Shown piece after piece: positions 23,907 through 37,100 of a stretch of 64,000 bases of DNA. Source of the DNA: Asterias rubens (taxonomy: Eukaryota); the NCBI RefSeq assembly GCF_902459465.1, contig NC_047080.1, forward strand, positions 186,001 to 250,000, written 5' to 3'. Positions within the stretch are counted from its first letter, which is position 1, and the number at the start of each line of letters is the position of its first letter. A program made the position numbers and the translations under genes. The notes beneath the pieces were generated by a model, which searched no databases, was not told the origin of the DNA, and saw nothing but the letters and a program-made list of their open reading frames with translations.

Positions 23907-26900
23907 ATGGAGGGAGAAGATGGCGATCTCGTTGCTGCTGCCATAATGGCGATGCAAACAGACGTCGATCCTGGCGACGAAACCACCATCCTTCAAGTCG
24001 TTACCCAGTCTGAATGTGCCGGAGACGAACAGGTCGGTAACCAGATTATGGTTCATTCTTCCGACGGAGAGATAATTGTCCACGAGCATTCGGCAGCGCT
24101 GCAGCAGCATTTGCAAGAAGTGCAGCAACTTCAACATCACCACCACCACCACCACCACCAACAACAACAACCCAATGACCAACAACAACATCAGCATCAA
24201 TCCCTCCACCCCAGTGGAACTGTTGCCCTGAATGAATCTTCTATGACAATAGACACGACATCTATGGGTGTTGATCTTCAGGAAGTCAATGTGATTGAGA
24301 TGCCACTTGCGCAAAGTTCACAGCAGGTTGAGACTTCAGTGGTGCATGATCAACAAGGCTTTACAAAAAGGGTTTTCCCAGTCTCGGTATGAAAAAAATG
24401 ATTTAGTCATGAATTTTAACATTATAAAACACAGCAATAGGCATCGCATAACAATATATAACGGTTTCTGCATCCTGCCACCACTTTTTTTATTCACTAT
24501 GAAATAAATTGTTATCTAATTTACTCAGTCTCAAAAATAGATTTTCCGTTATGGACTTATGGTAAATTAAGTGGTGGCCAGATTGGATGTGGAAATATTT
24601 CCTTATTAATTTAGTAATGATTGATCCTTACACAGTGACATTGTGTTCTTTGACTCCAGGTTACTCAAGCGACACCATTGGAAATCGCGACGGAAGTCCC
24701 AGAGGTTGATGTTTCAGGCATCGATGAGAATGTGTCAAAACTCTGCCTGCAATTTCTCAATGATGTTGAGGAGGTAGGAAAAGACAAGTCATGGCCCAAG
24801 ACGTTAGTGATCGATAGTGAAATTGTACATTATCCACTGTCATGCTATTTATTGCTATCGACTAGCCCAAGTTGGACTCCTCCGTTGGGCACTGACTGAT
24901 GTCCTACACCAGGGCTAGCTATCGACCAGAGTGTACACTAAACCAACTATCAATTATTAAAGTGTACACTATCCACTGACAATCACTGACCTCTTGGGCC
25001 AAGACTAGGAAAAGACCAACATCTGCACTTTTTGTGACCCAACAAAAACATGAAATAACAACCAAAAATTAAAGGTTAATCCATCAATCTGAGTTGCGAA
25101 AAATAGCGAGGGAAAAACAGATATTGTATGCGCTTGTTTTTTTTTATTAGAATAAGATGACCATGCATTCAGACACTGTATTCAGTTGATACTGAAAATT
25201 TGTCTTGCAATGAATTTTATTGCTTTGAGAAATCGCCCCCAGGATTGGTTAAGCTGCACTATCGGTCGAACGCGTGAACCCATTTCTGCACGATCAGTCG
25301 ATCGCGCAAAACTTTTCCTGCACGATCGGTTGATTGTGCAAACCCCATTCCTGCACGATCGGTAGATTGCGCAAAGCCTTTCCTGCACGATCGGCTGATC
25401 ACGTAAAAAAAACTCGTAGCACGATCGGTCAATCGCGCAAAGATGTTCATTGCGCGATCGACCGATTGTTGCCTGATCGACCAGTTGTTGCGCGTTTGAC
25501 CGATTGCTGAGCGACCAATTGATCTATAATAGCTCAGCGCGATCAACAGATCGCGCAGATTGACTGATCGCGCCCAACATAAACACCAAACAGCAAACCT
25601 CTCGCGTACAAACATTGGTTGAACATCTATGATAATGAATTGTACAAATCAAGAAATTGTGATGCAGTAGCTAGCTGACAATACTTACAAATTCTATTCA
25701 CTGTGAAATCAGCAGTTAGCTTGATAGGATTCAAACCCACAACCTGGTAACTGCAAGTCCTACAGTCTTACCAATGGACCTGCAGTGACCACACAACATT
25801 ACTTTGAAGAAAAATGGTTGTTTTTTCTCCAATCTTAAAAATTGTAACCAAACTGGAAGAAAATAGAATTAGCTGGATTGCAAACAACTTACCAACCAAA
25901 ATGGACCGAGGTAATAAATGCAAAAAACTGGAAGAAGAAGTAGTCTGGTTCCTTTTTGGGGAAATCAATGTTTGCATTATAATTACTGCTATGAGATACA
26001 GAAAACAACACCAAGATGTTGGCATTATGCTTAAAGTCCTATTATTTTGTATGTACAGGTAGACGGCAACTACTTGAGAGGTTCTCATGAGGGACCTGGT
26101 ATTAGCTTTGAGGAGTTTCTAAGCAAGTACTTCTGCATCACAGGCACATCATTCGTTGCCGTCAGTAATAGAAGTAGGACCATGCCGTTAACTGGCCAGC
26201 AACGCCAGTCTCGCTACTATGGAAACTGTGAAGGTGAGGAAATGAACAATAAAAGCAGTGTTTATTATGTTGTTTTCATTGTCGACGCTTTTTGTTTAAA
26301 GGGAAGGTATCTGTTGTAATCAATCTTAAAATGTATAACATCGAAAAAACTTTGGTTAGAAGCCTACAGCAGCTTTTTATATTATCTACATTTATATAGG
26401 ATTAAAACTATAAAACCGTTTTAATATCGAACAGTTCCAAAAACCAAAGGTATACTTTGCCTTTCAAGGCAGAATATACTCTTTTTTTTAGTACTTACTC
26501 CACAAGTAAACTACCATTAAAACTTATATGATAAACATCATTGGAGAGCTACTGGTAGTATAAAACATTGTTATAAATGACCTCTTTAAAGAAATGTTGT
26601 TTTAGGGGGTTATTTGTTCACCCACAAATTTTCACTTTATTTTTCTAAAAAACTTGACGACTAATGAAGCTGAAACTTCTACAGGTTAATAGTTTTCAAT
26701 ATAAACCACATAGGAAACTGACTGGGTAAATTTTGAAATGATTTTTGGGGTTGAACAAAGAATTGACCAGAGTGGGATTCGAACCAACGACCTCCGGATT
26801 AACGGCCGGCACGTTAATCCGGATGTCGTTGGTTCGGCACGTTAATCCAGAGGTCGTTGGTTTGAATCCCACTCTAGTCAATTCTTTGTTCAACCCCGAA

Positions 26901-29900
26901 AATCGGTTAATAGTTTTATATACATCTTCATACACAGTGAGTATGGATTTATATCATGGCTAACATTTTATCTGCAAAAGGTATCCAAACCCATATGGGA
27001 ACATCAGGGGGTACCCTCTACCCCCATATTGGACATGGTGTATTTTATATATAACTGCATGGTCGTACTTCTACAACTTACCCAGTCAGTTAATGTTATA
27101 TTACTGATGTCTGTGGATGTGCTTTCTCAGAATAATTGTTTTGTTCAATGATTTTTACAAAACTATGTTCAGGTCGTATACGCTGGGAGGCAAAAGGTGG
27201 CACACTTCCCATTGAGTTTTGTGGGTACCCGTTTAAGATAGAGAGCTCCATGTACCTACATTGCTTACATGGCCCAAAAAGAGTAAGTCTAGTTATGTGC
27301 TAGGGAGTTTTTGGTGTTTTTTAAATTTCTACCTATCTTTTTTCTTTTTTCTTTTTTTTGAAGAGGGGGGGGGAGGCGGTCATTACTACAAATTTTGAAT
27401 TGGAAAGTAGTTCAAAAACCTTCATTCAAAAAATACCCCCCATAAACCATTTGGGGTCAAAGAGTGAACCAATAAACAAGAAAACTGCTAATGATAAAGA
27501 ACTTGTACTCGGATGGAACCAGTGACTTCAGCGTGCTGAACATGATGTTGGTAGGTGATGATACCCTGACTGGACACACCCAAGCCACAAGAAAGTCCAT
27601 TGATCTTATAAAAGCTGGGTTGAGTTTTAATATTTTTATTTGTATTCACTCATGAGATTTTAATAATGGTCAAACACACAAACAAAAGCAACACTTGTTA
27701 CACAATTGTTATTGCACATTGCACTTACTTAACTTAAATTCTTTTTTCTCTGAAGGATCTTCGTCCGAAGGAACCCAAACCTCCCAAAGTTAGTCGAAGA
27801 GGGCGCCCGAGAAGTGCATTGAATAGGAAGTTGGAATGCCCCGCAGTGATCCAAGTGAGAGAGATCAGTGTATACACAAATGAAGGCTACTTCGTTGACA
27901 AGAAAGAGTTCAAGAACTCGAGCAAGCTTCGCTGGGAGAAGCAGAGAATCTTGAAGAAGATCCGAGACGACGAAGGTAACGGTAAGGAAGTAACCACAAC
28001 AAGGAGGCTGTATATTAAGATGCCATATGTGAGAGTTCACTCATCGCTTCATCCGGTCGGCGAAAACTCAGCAGCAAACCAGACCATGGATCAACGAGTC
28101 CTGCAAAAACTGAAGCAGTTGATCTCCAACAATGTGACTAACATCAATGAGATCAAGAAATGCTTGAAGGTGTATGTTGACGACGTCCTCTTCAAGCACA
28201 ACCCTATCGAGAAGAAGCCAAAGCCGTTTAATCGGAAGTTCTATCCTTCCCCGTCTGATGTCCAGCGACAGATTGCTGCGTCTCTGTCGACTAAGTCAGA
28301 GAATACCGACATGTTGGCTCAAAACGTGAAGGCTTGGCAAGCAAGAGGGACTGGGAAATTCTTTTATCGATCTCACCAGTCTGGTTCAGAAGAATCCTTT
28401 TTGTTTGTTCAACAGGAGAGGTGGCAGCAGAGGTTGCTGGAAAGGTACGGAAGCGACTTAGTGATTCTTGATGCAACCTCAAAGTCAAACACCATCCTGA
28501 CCATGGCGACTCCGTTGTACTGCCTCTGCATTCATACCAATGTCAACTACATTGTTGTAGCTGTTTTTCTAGTAGAGAAGGAGACAGTGGCCAACATCAA
28601 GGAAGCTTTAGGTGTTATCCAAAGCTGGAACACCTGGTGGAATCCAAGCTCTTTCATGGTGGACAAGTGCAACATTGAGGTAGCCGCAGTCAAAGAACTA
28701 TTCCCAAATGTGCGCATCTACATAAGTGACTACCACAGGAAACAGTCACTGAACAGGTGGGTCAGTCGGAAGGAGTGTGGTCTGGACTCGGACCAGCAGA
28801 AGAGAGTTCTGGCCATGTTTGACAGAATTGCCTTGGAGCAGAATAATACGTTGTACCAGAGCGCCAAGAAGGAATTCATGAGTGACGAGACAGTAGCCGA
28901 GAACATCGAGTTTCTTGACTACTTGCAGTCAGAATGGTTCTCCTGTCCAGAAACTTGGGCTCATGGATTCCGTGACTATGCCATAGACAACCTCATCAAT
29001 GTAAACAATGGGGAGCTTGCCATGGATCGCTTCTTTCGCTACTCCACGATACCCAAGAGCAGAGACAAGGGTGTCCTCGGCATAGTGACACTCATCGTTG
29101 AGTCCTACATACCGGATGCCTTTCACAAATATCGCAAGAAGAATGCAGCGTGGAAGTACACGAAATTCCCAACAGCAGTCCAGAATGTGCCTGAATATTT
29201 GCGGGAGCGACCGTCACACTTTGTCCGCGAGTGTTTAAAGAACCAGGAAGACGCTGTCACGTACAACAACGTCGACGTTCAGTTGATGGACCCCACACAT
29301 GGAGTATTTCACGTCAGGTCCAAGAAAGGTTTCCACATAACAAGCTTTCTCGGACCGAGCTGCACTTGCAACATGTGGAAGAAGTTCCGCTTCCCCTGCA
29401 AGCATTTCTTTGCGATTTTCCTGCATTTCTACGAATGGGGTTTCCACCGTCTGCCGGAGCTATACATCAACAGTGTTTTCCTGACGCGGGACATCGGAGT
29501 TTTACAAGACCCCAATGCTGAAGCAGCCAGAGTCTCCCAAGAGTACACACCGCTTGAGATCCAAGTGATGATACCAGGAGGTCCAGAGCCTTGCTCGACG
29601 GAGACAGTCGTCAGCACAGCGGAAACCGTTTCAAGCTTCAATCCAATCACCTCCAATCCAGTCAACTTGATCTCCATTCCTGAACTTGAAGACCCTTCTG
29701 CGAAGAGCGCAGAAACCGTCCCTGCCGAAGTTGAAGTTGATCCTCTCCTCGATGGCAAGCAGAGGAATATAGTGAACATTTTTAAGCGAGGTATGGACTT
29801 GATTAATGACATCTCAGACCAGGAGCTCATATCGGAGACAGAGCAGGTTCTAACCCTCATGGTGACGAAGCTACAGCGACGGGTAGTGCACAATCATTAC

Positions 29901-30035
29901 ATGCAGAGTGCATTGCCCTCAATCAAGAGACTTAAACCCAACCCTCCTCAGGAGCCTCAGCAGCTGCCACAAGTTGACCCTAACCAGCAACAAGAACAAG
30001 TAACTATCGATTGCGTAACCAGTTCCTACTGGTGA
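23907..30035 (+). CDS. CaRF-like DNA-binding domain + MULE (Mutator) transposase domain + SWIM zinc finger, about 1052 aa; probable domesticated transposase
   Basis: Exons 23907-24386, 24660-24773, 26059-26233, 27173-27282, 27756-30035 (3159 nt, phases match). His/Gln-rich N-terminus. CaRF-type motifs FCGYPF..HCLHGPKR, KLECPAVI, YIKMPYVRVHSSLH, NRKFYPSPSDV. AT-hook RRGRPR. MULE motifs VILDATSK, FMVD, ISDYH, NVNNGEL. SWIM CTC..WKKFRFPCKHFFA. Confidence 0.88.
25258..25575. repeat. Degenerate CpG-rich repeat (about 31 bp) that flips orientation mid-array
   Basis: CTGCACGATCGG..GATCGCGCAAA units on the + strand up to about 25440, then TTGCGCGATCGACCGAT-type inverted units. Confidence 0.7.
26745..26903. 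repeat. Palindrome made from the tRNA-like part of a dispersed repeat
   Basis: GTTGAACAAAGAATTGACCAGAGTGGGATTCGAACC mirrored by GGTTTGAATCCCACTCTAGTCAATTCTTTGTTCAAC. Linear relatives at about 5850-5980 and 49690-49965. Confidence 0.8.
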
Positions 30036-30540
30036 AAAGAGCTCCCATCATAAGTTGACCCTAACCAGCAACAAGAACAGGTAACTATCGATTGCGTAAC
30101 CAGTTCCTACTGGTGAAAAGTGCCCCCAACCACAAGTGGACTCTAACCAGCAACAAGAACAAGTAACCATCGATTGCGTAACCAGTTCCTACTGGTGAAA
30201 AGTGCCCCCAATCACAAGTGGACCCTAACCAGCAACAAGAACAAGTAACTATCGATTGCGTAACCAGTTCCTACTGGTGAAAAGTGCCCCCAATCACAAG
30301 TGGACCCTAACCAGCAACAAGAACAAGTAACTATCGATTGCGTAACCAGTTCCTACTGGTGAAAAGTGCCCCTAACCACAAGTGGACCCTAACCAGCAAC
30401 AAGAACAAGTAACTATCGATTGAGTAACCAGTTCCTACTGGTGAAAAGTGCCCCCAATCACAAGTGGACCCTAACCAGCAACAAGAACAAGTAACTATCG
30501 ATTGCGTAACCAGTTCCTACTGGTGAAAAGTGCCCCTAAC
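29967..30540 (+). repeat. 82-bp tandem array, 7 copies, spanning the stop codon of the CaRF-MULE gene
   Basis: TAACCAGCAAC recurs at 29981, 30062, 30144, 30226, 30308, 30390 and 30472. Each unit carries TACTGGTGA (Y-W-stop). Confidence 0.97.
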
Positions 30541-33500
30541 CAGAAACTTACTAGGACAAGTATGCCTGGAGAAAAAAAAGGTTTTGCCGTAATGATAAGT
30601 ACAGGGTTAATCACAAAAACTTGTTCTTCATTTATTGATAAACCGCATGTTTTTATACAAAAAAAGATAGTTGTACTGTTTGGCAACCCCAACAATTGTT
30701 TTCTGGATGAAATGATTACTGAATGGTTTTCAGAAATGAGTGAAGTTCATACAAATTTAAACCAAATCAAACTTACATTTTGGTGATGATACATGTAAAT
30801 ATTGGTTAATCACAATTTCCTCGGTAAAATAATGTTTTATTTTTAAGTTATTAATTTTTTTTTAAGTTATTTTTTTTTAGTCAGTTGATTTTTAAAGGGA
30901 ATGCCCCAATTTGTTGACATTTTGTGGACCAGTTGATATTCATTGAAACATTTCACGTCTAATTTTCTCAAGGTACTCAACCCGTGTTGTCTTTCCTTTG
31001 ACAAGTCCGGGTTGCATTGTGGCAATATTTTCAAAAGAAAATAATCACTCTTGAAGCTTCAAAAATTCCTTCCTCCAATTATTCAATGAATTCCCTATCA
31101 TAGTGCATAAGTTTCATATACAAAACATTTGAATCCAAGAAACGATTCATACATGAATCAGTTTCTCGGATTTCTAAGGGTTGGTGACAATTTGCGATTG
31201 CTGCGGCCAGATGCAGTTGGCACCTTTCGTCAACACTAAAAATGGTAGTCTTTGTTCTTGTGACCCGGATAGTTTTTGGCTGTTTCTCAATCAGTAGACA
31301 CTAGAGGGTGTGTTGAGCTGAAACTTTCACAGGTGACTTTTATTGTATCTTTCTTTTAGTGCATCTTAATCAACACTACGATGACACAAACCAAATCAAT
31401 ACCCTCCCTAAAATATGTGGATTTTGAAGCACAAGACTAAACATTTTGCAGCGTAAACTATCGGGTTGCTGATTTTTTTTTATTACAAACAAAAAACTAC
31501 AAAGAACAAGAATTACAATGATTCTTTGTGTAAACAATCAATATAAATCTGCAACAAAGGATTTAAACCACAGCTAAATATAAAATTAAAAACATCAAAG
31601 TCACTAAAACTAAAGGACAAATAATGAAAATTACAAAAAGGCAAAGCTATGTCTCCTTAATGTTTCATATCAGATAGAAATAAATAAGTATTTAGTCAAG
31701 TTTTGCACACAAGTTGAAGATTTGCACAGAAGACTGCTCTATAAATTCTAACACCCCCATGTTCTGACAACCCTATGTACCGACAACCTATGTTCCTAAA
31801 AACTCTTGATGATTTACATGTTAGGGTTAGGTTTCATCGGGGTCTAACCATTTCCACAATTACATGGTATAAAGATGGACATGGTAAACTTCCCCTGATA
31901 TCTTTTTGCCTGAAATACTATAGTTTTTGTAGAGAAAGCAAGATGCTTAGTTTTGGTTTGGGAAAACAGTTAAAACATACATGGGGATTCCAACTGTTTT
32001 CTTCATACTCCGATGATCGATTGAGTTTTTAATTTTAACAGGCTTGTCATTTCATGTACTTGTTGGGTCATAAAGTGTAGATCCTGGTATTTTACAGTTT
32101 AATTACATGCTGCAGAAAATATTTGTGGGTACAACCATGTGTATAAACTTCTTTTGGAGGAGTGGGGTCTCAGCGTTTCAGTATACTCTGCTCTCTTTCC
32201 CTTTAACTCAATGAAGCGTAAAGGCAGTACAAAGTCTATTCCCATTTGATTTCTGCGATGTTTCTATTTTTTAACAGGAAAGTTGTGATGTTCCATGGCA
32301 TATTGTTTGTTATAGGACAGTAGTTCATTGTTATCTCCAATTCTCCTATCAATATGACGAAACCGAGGCTGAGAACACATTGTCTGGTCCCATCTTTCAG
32401 AAATGGCATTATGAACTTTGTCTTTTATGAATGTTGGTGGTCATTACTCCCAAGATGTTACCAGTTTTAACCCCTTAAATTAGTCTGTAAAATATCAAGT
32501 GTTTTTTTATTTGTTGTTTGTTTGTTATTGTGTACCTGTATTTGAATAAAAATACAAATTAATGAGAAAAATTATATACATGACCATCATATTGTAGCAT
32601 TTGTCCTTTCCCGTCCAATTGTGTGAAGGACCCAATATCATGGCTCTGCTTGCTGTAAAGGAAATAATTCCATGCTTGTGCACACTCACTCCAGCGCCCA
32701 AATTCATATAGCTGCTTCAGCAGAAAACACTGCTTTAAAAAAAATCTATGCTTAGCAATAATGAGTAGGATACCAGTGACGAGTTGTACATAATATGACT
32801 TAGTAATTTGGCTGGTAGCCTTGTTCTGGTGAGCATAATCTTGTTTTGCTTAGGTTATTTCTTGAAATAAGCAGCTCTATCAAATTGGGCGCATGTAATA
32901 AGCATCCTTCACTTATACACGTAGTGTAGACATTCAGCCTCTGTCTTGTAAGCGAAGAATGGTGTTGGTTAGCACATAATTAAGCAGTTGGCAGAGCCAG
33001 GAGTTTAAAGCAAAGTTTCTCTACAAACTTTAGTATCAGAAACATCAACACTTATCATTGGTCAGATTGGTATACATGTAACATCACTATGTTCCGACAC
33101 TCCAATGTTCCTTATGTGTTTTCCCAACTCTAACCAAAGCATATAACGTAAATGATCAGGGGTTTTACTTTTGGAACATAGTGTTTTCGAAATAATTAGA
33201 GCAACACAAGATCCTATCAAAACAAAATTGCAAAAAAAACTAAGAATTAAAAAGAAATCAGAATAATCGTCAAACTAATATTTATAATACATGTACATAG
33301 ATACTGTCATTATGAAAATCTTTTCATATGTTGTTGGTTTTTATTGCATTTTTTGTATAAAAGATGAGCAAAGTTTGTTCTTACAAAAGGATTTTTCTTA
33401 ATCTTTTGAAAAAGAAATCTGCATTTTAAATTTGTTTTGTACAATTATGGTGTTGCCATTATTGTCACACTAGCTTGGAACAAAAATTCAGCTCATTATC

Positions 33501-34160
33501 TCACAATCCAATACACAAAAAAAATAAATTAAAACCACTTTGATTTCATCTTCAACTGCTTATGAAAAAAAAAACAATTATAACAATGAATTAAAAGAAA
33601 ATGTTTATGGGCGAAATTATTTGCTACAAATTACTCTAACTTAAGCAAGGAGTTTGACACTGTATCTGACCATGATCTGACAACCACTTTTCAAATGACC
33701 ATTAACTTAATCTAATAATTGGGTAAACAATATGCTTTTTTTTTGGGGGGGGGGGGTAATCAAATCAAGCAACCGTTTAAAATTCATCCATAGATTAGTT
33801 TGAGTCACTTGTTCCTTTCTTTTGAACGAAGACTACATGATTGGATGATTAGGCACGGAGGCCAGCCTTTAAAGTCTTGAACTGCACAGACAGTTTTTCT
33901 CTTTAATTTAAGTTGAAAATTTGTTTTCAATAATTTTAATTCACCCAGCCACCCAAAATTTCTGGGGAAAAAACCCTTTTTATTTCATCAAATAAGGCAG
34001 TTATTTTTGGACTCTAATAGTATTGGCTCAGTGATTGGTTTTGATCCCCAGATCCTCTCGTCCAACAAACCCATGAGAAGCTAAAGGACTTGAGAGGAGT
34101 TACGAGGAGTTACACTCTATGGGTGAAGCTGAGCCTCCACACAAAAAGCAGCAACATGTT

Positions 34161-37100
34161 CTAATCCGAGTCTGTTATGCAGATGACGTCGGTTGATTCT
34201 GGCTGAAGATCAGTCATGTCTTCAATCTCTGAGTCCGAGTCACTAATGATGATGATAGTCTTTGAGTCCTCTTTATTGTTACTCGCTGGCCTTGGACAAG
34301 TTAGTGACCCCGTACTCTGTGCACTGTTCCTTTGCCACTTTGGTGAGCATTTTATTTTGAGTGGGATTGTACGCTTTTGGGGGGTAATTGGTCGCTTTAT
34401 TTGGGCTTTGTTTCCAGATGCGTCTTGAAACAAGGCTGTAGGCTTGAAAGGCTTCAACGGACTAATTTGAGTTTGCAAGTTAGTAGCTGGGGAGGATTTC
34501 TTAAGGTAGGAGCTGCTGTTACTGACGAGAGTCGATTGGATGCAGATCGGTTTACAACCATCTCTGGTGACTCCACTTCTTATCTGCGGGCCGGGGCTAC
34601 ACTGGACAGAGTTACAAGTACTCCTGGTTTTGGAGACTAACACTTGCCCTGCCTGTGTCGTCTCAGTGCTAGATTTATAGCGCGGATAACGCGATATGAA
34701 GACCTTCCGCACAGGTGGGTCATTTGTGATTGTCTTTTTAAGTTCTGTGCTCCCTTTAAGCGACTGTCCTTGAGTGGAAGCTACTGTGACTTCATGTATG
34801 TCTGGATTAAGATGTACATCAAGGTCTGGCTGGGTGCTGGTAGGGCTGCATGACCCAGTCTCCCTGGGGAGGTTGGCAAGGTTGGTCTCCTTTTCAGGAT
34901 TCTCAGAGCTTAGCTCCGTCTCCGAGTCATCGATGCTCAGTGTGATAGGTGCAGAGGTCTGAAGTTTAACTAGAAAGGTAAATTGTGCAAAGACAAGAGA
35001 TGATATAAGGATACAATTTTATATGTTTGGATCATATAATGCATTTTAAGAAACTTTAAGTTCAAAGTACTGCAGTGACAGAAAAATATTTTACTTTTTA
35101 TACCTCAAAATTGAATATGAGAAGCGTTACTGGATTGTGTATTGTAGACTATTCTTCTTAAAACCGCTCCACATTTTTGATAATATTTTAAAAAATGCTA
35201 TCACCTACTGAAATTAAATGTTCCAGCTTAGTTTTGTTGGTATACAATACAATGTATATTTACAACTAGGATTGAAAGCAACAGCAGCTTGTACAAGATA
35301 CAAAAAATGAATAACATCTGCTGCATTGTCAGAATTAAACAAAGTAGTTAAAGTCCAAATTTAAGACCACTTGGACATCCGTGTAGCCTATCTTGTTTGG
35401 CTGTTATATGGCTCTTGTTTGACATTGGTCTTGCAATAGTCGCCACTACATTTCATTCAATTTTGTTTTAAAGCTCACATGATTTTGTTAGTCTCATTTA
35501 AATTTGTTTCGGTCATTTTGTTTAATTAATATGCACTCTAGACTACACTTTGACCATTCTTAAGTTGAATTTCTACTACTTATTGACCCTTGATAAAATT
35601 GGACGGTTGACCAGCTCTTGCTGCAGGCTGTTACTTTTGCGAAAGTGAATAAGTCTTGCAGCCTAATGAAAACTGAATGATCTTATTTGACCAGTGAATG
35701 CTTAACTGGTGTAATTGAGTTATTCATTTTGATTGTTGAATGATGATTCAATGTAACATTAATTTTCAAACCCATTTGAATGAGCTGGGCATTGAAATTA
35801 ATAGATTTTTGTTGCAATTAGCAGGGAAAACAAACAATAAGATTTATGCCCACCATTCTTTACTCCTGACTGAACCGCTATGATCTTCTGCCGTTTTGGT
35901 TGACTGATAACGAATCCTTCATGTTCATCCTCAAACGCTATGGTCTCTCCCTGAGTCCAAGCTACCTTATGAGGCTTGTGCTGATGTTTGTAGTCTGGTG
36001 ACAAGCTACATACATTTGTTATTAAGAAGGGGGCATGTTTAAGGGCTCTTACAGCTTGCTCAGCAGTGTTGTAGTGAAGGGAAGGTTGCAAGTCTGGTTT
36101 GATGGGAAGTAGTTGTGGTGATTTGATGGAATGTGTTGTGGCTACCTTCACTGCTGCGCCATCATCGTAACAAGTAAACAATCCATTACCAGTTACATCA
36201 ATGGCAGATTTGTAGGGTTTGATGATATCTGAAACATTAGAATGGTCAAGGTTATCGCTGACGACACCACTGTGAAAAGTGGATACCCTTCTAGACAGCA
36301 CACTGCCATTGGAAGAGCCCATGTCCTGGGCATGGACTTGGAAATGCTGTTGCTGACTTAAAGGGTCTGCCAAATTTGGCTGGAGCTCCCCATGAGAAGG
36401 TGCGGTGATGAAGGAATTCACAGTCTGATGGGGAGTTCCTTCTGTTTCCTTAGCGTTTCCTTTGTTCTCATTCTCACTCATTTTCTGCTCCTCTTCGTCA
36501 CTACAATCATTCTTTTGTCTCTTCGATGGCGGTTCGTCTGCTTCGTCGTCGGTGGGAACATCTGATGCCACATCCGATTCGGAATTTTCCGCTGCTTCCA
36601 GGACGATGCCGTTCTTTTCATACTCCTCCTGTCGTTTCACAAACGGCTCGTCGACTTCCTTGAGCTTCTGCAAAGCAACATTTTTATTCTCCAGCAACTT
36701 CTTTTTGAGCTCTGGATCTCTGTCGGAGGGGTCTCTTGCAGTGCTGAAGTCGATCGTAGAGTGAGCACTGAAGTTGAGAATAAAGTCTTGCTGGCGTCTC
36801 TTCTGCAACTTCCGACCAACATCCTCAAAAGCTTCCTGAGCAATGCTGTTGATTTTTCTCCTGTTCAAACCCAAATCTTTCTTTTTATTTGTCTTATAAA
36901 CAGCCTTGTAAACATCAGGGAAGTCTGGAAAGAAATCCTTCTTGTTGATTAGTCTCTCCAACTTCTTGTTGATCTCTGGGAAACGCGTTCCTTCGTAGTG
37001 GATCTTCTGCTCGATCACACGCCCGGTTGATGGGGAACATTCGTTCAACTTACAATACATATTGTACACCTTCATGAAGCGCTTCCTGAGTTGATATTCC

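Noticed and set aside
23801-24314. Minus-strand ORFs of 161 and 62 aa
   Set aside because: Antisense shadows of the His/Gln-rich first exon of the CaRF-MULE gene.
28291-29893. Several minus-strand and off-frame ORFs (65-154 aa)
   Set aside because: Shadows of the long + strand transposase-like exon.
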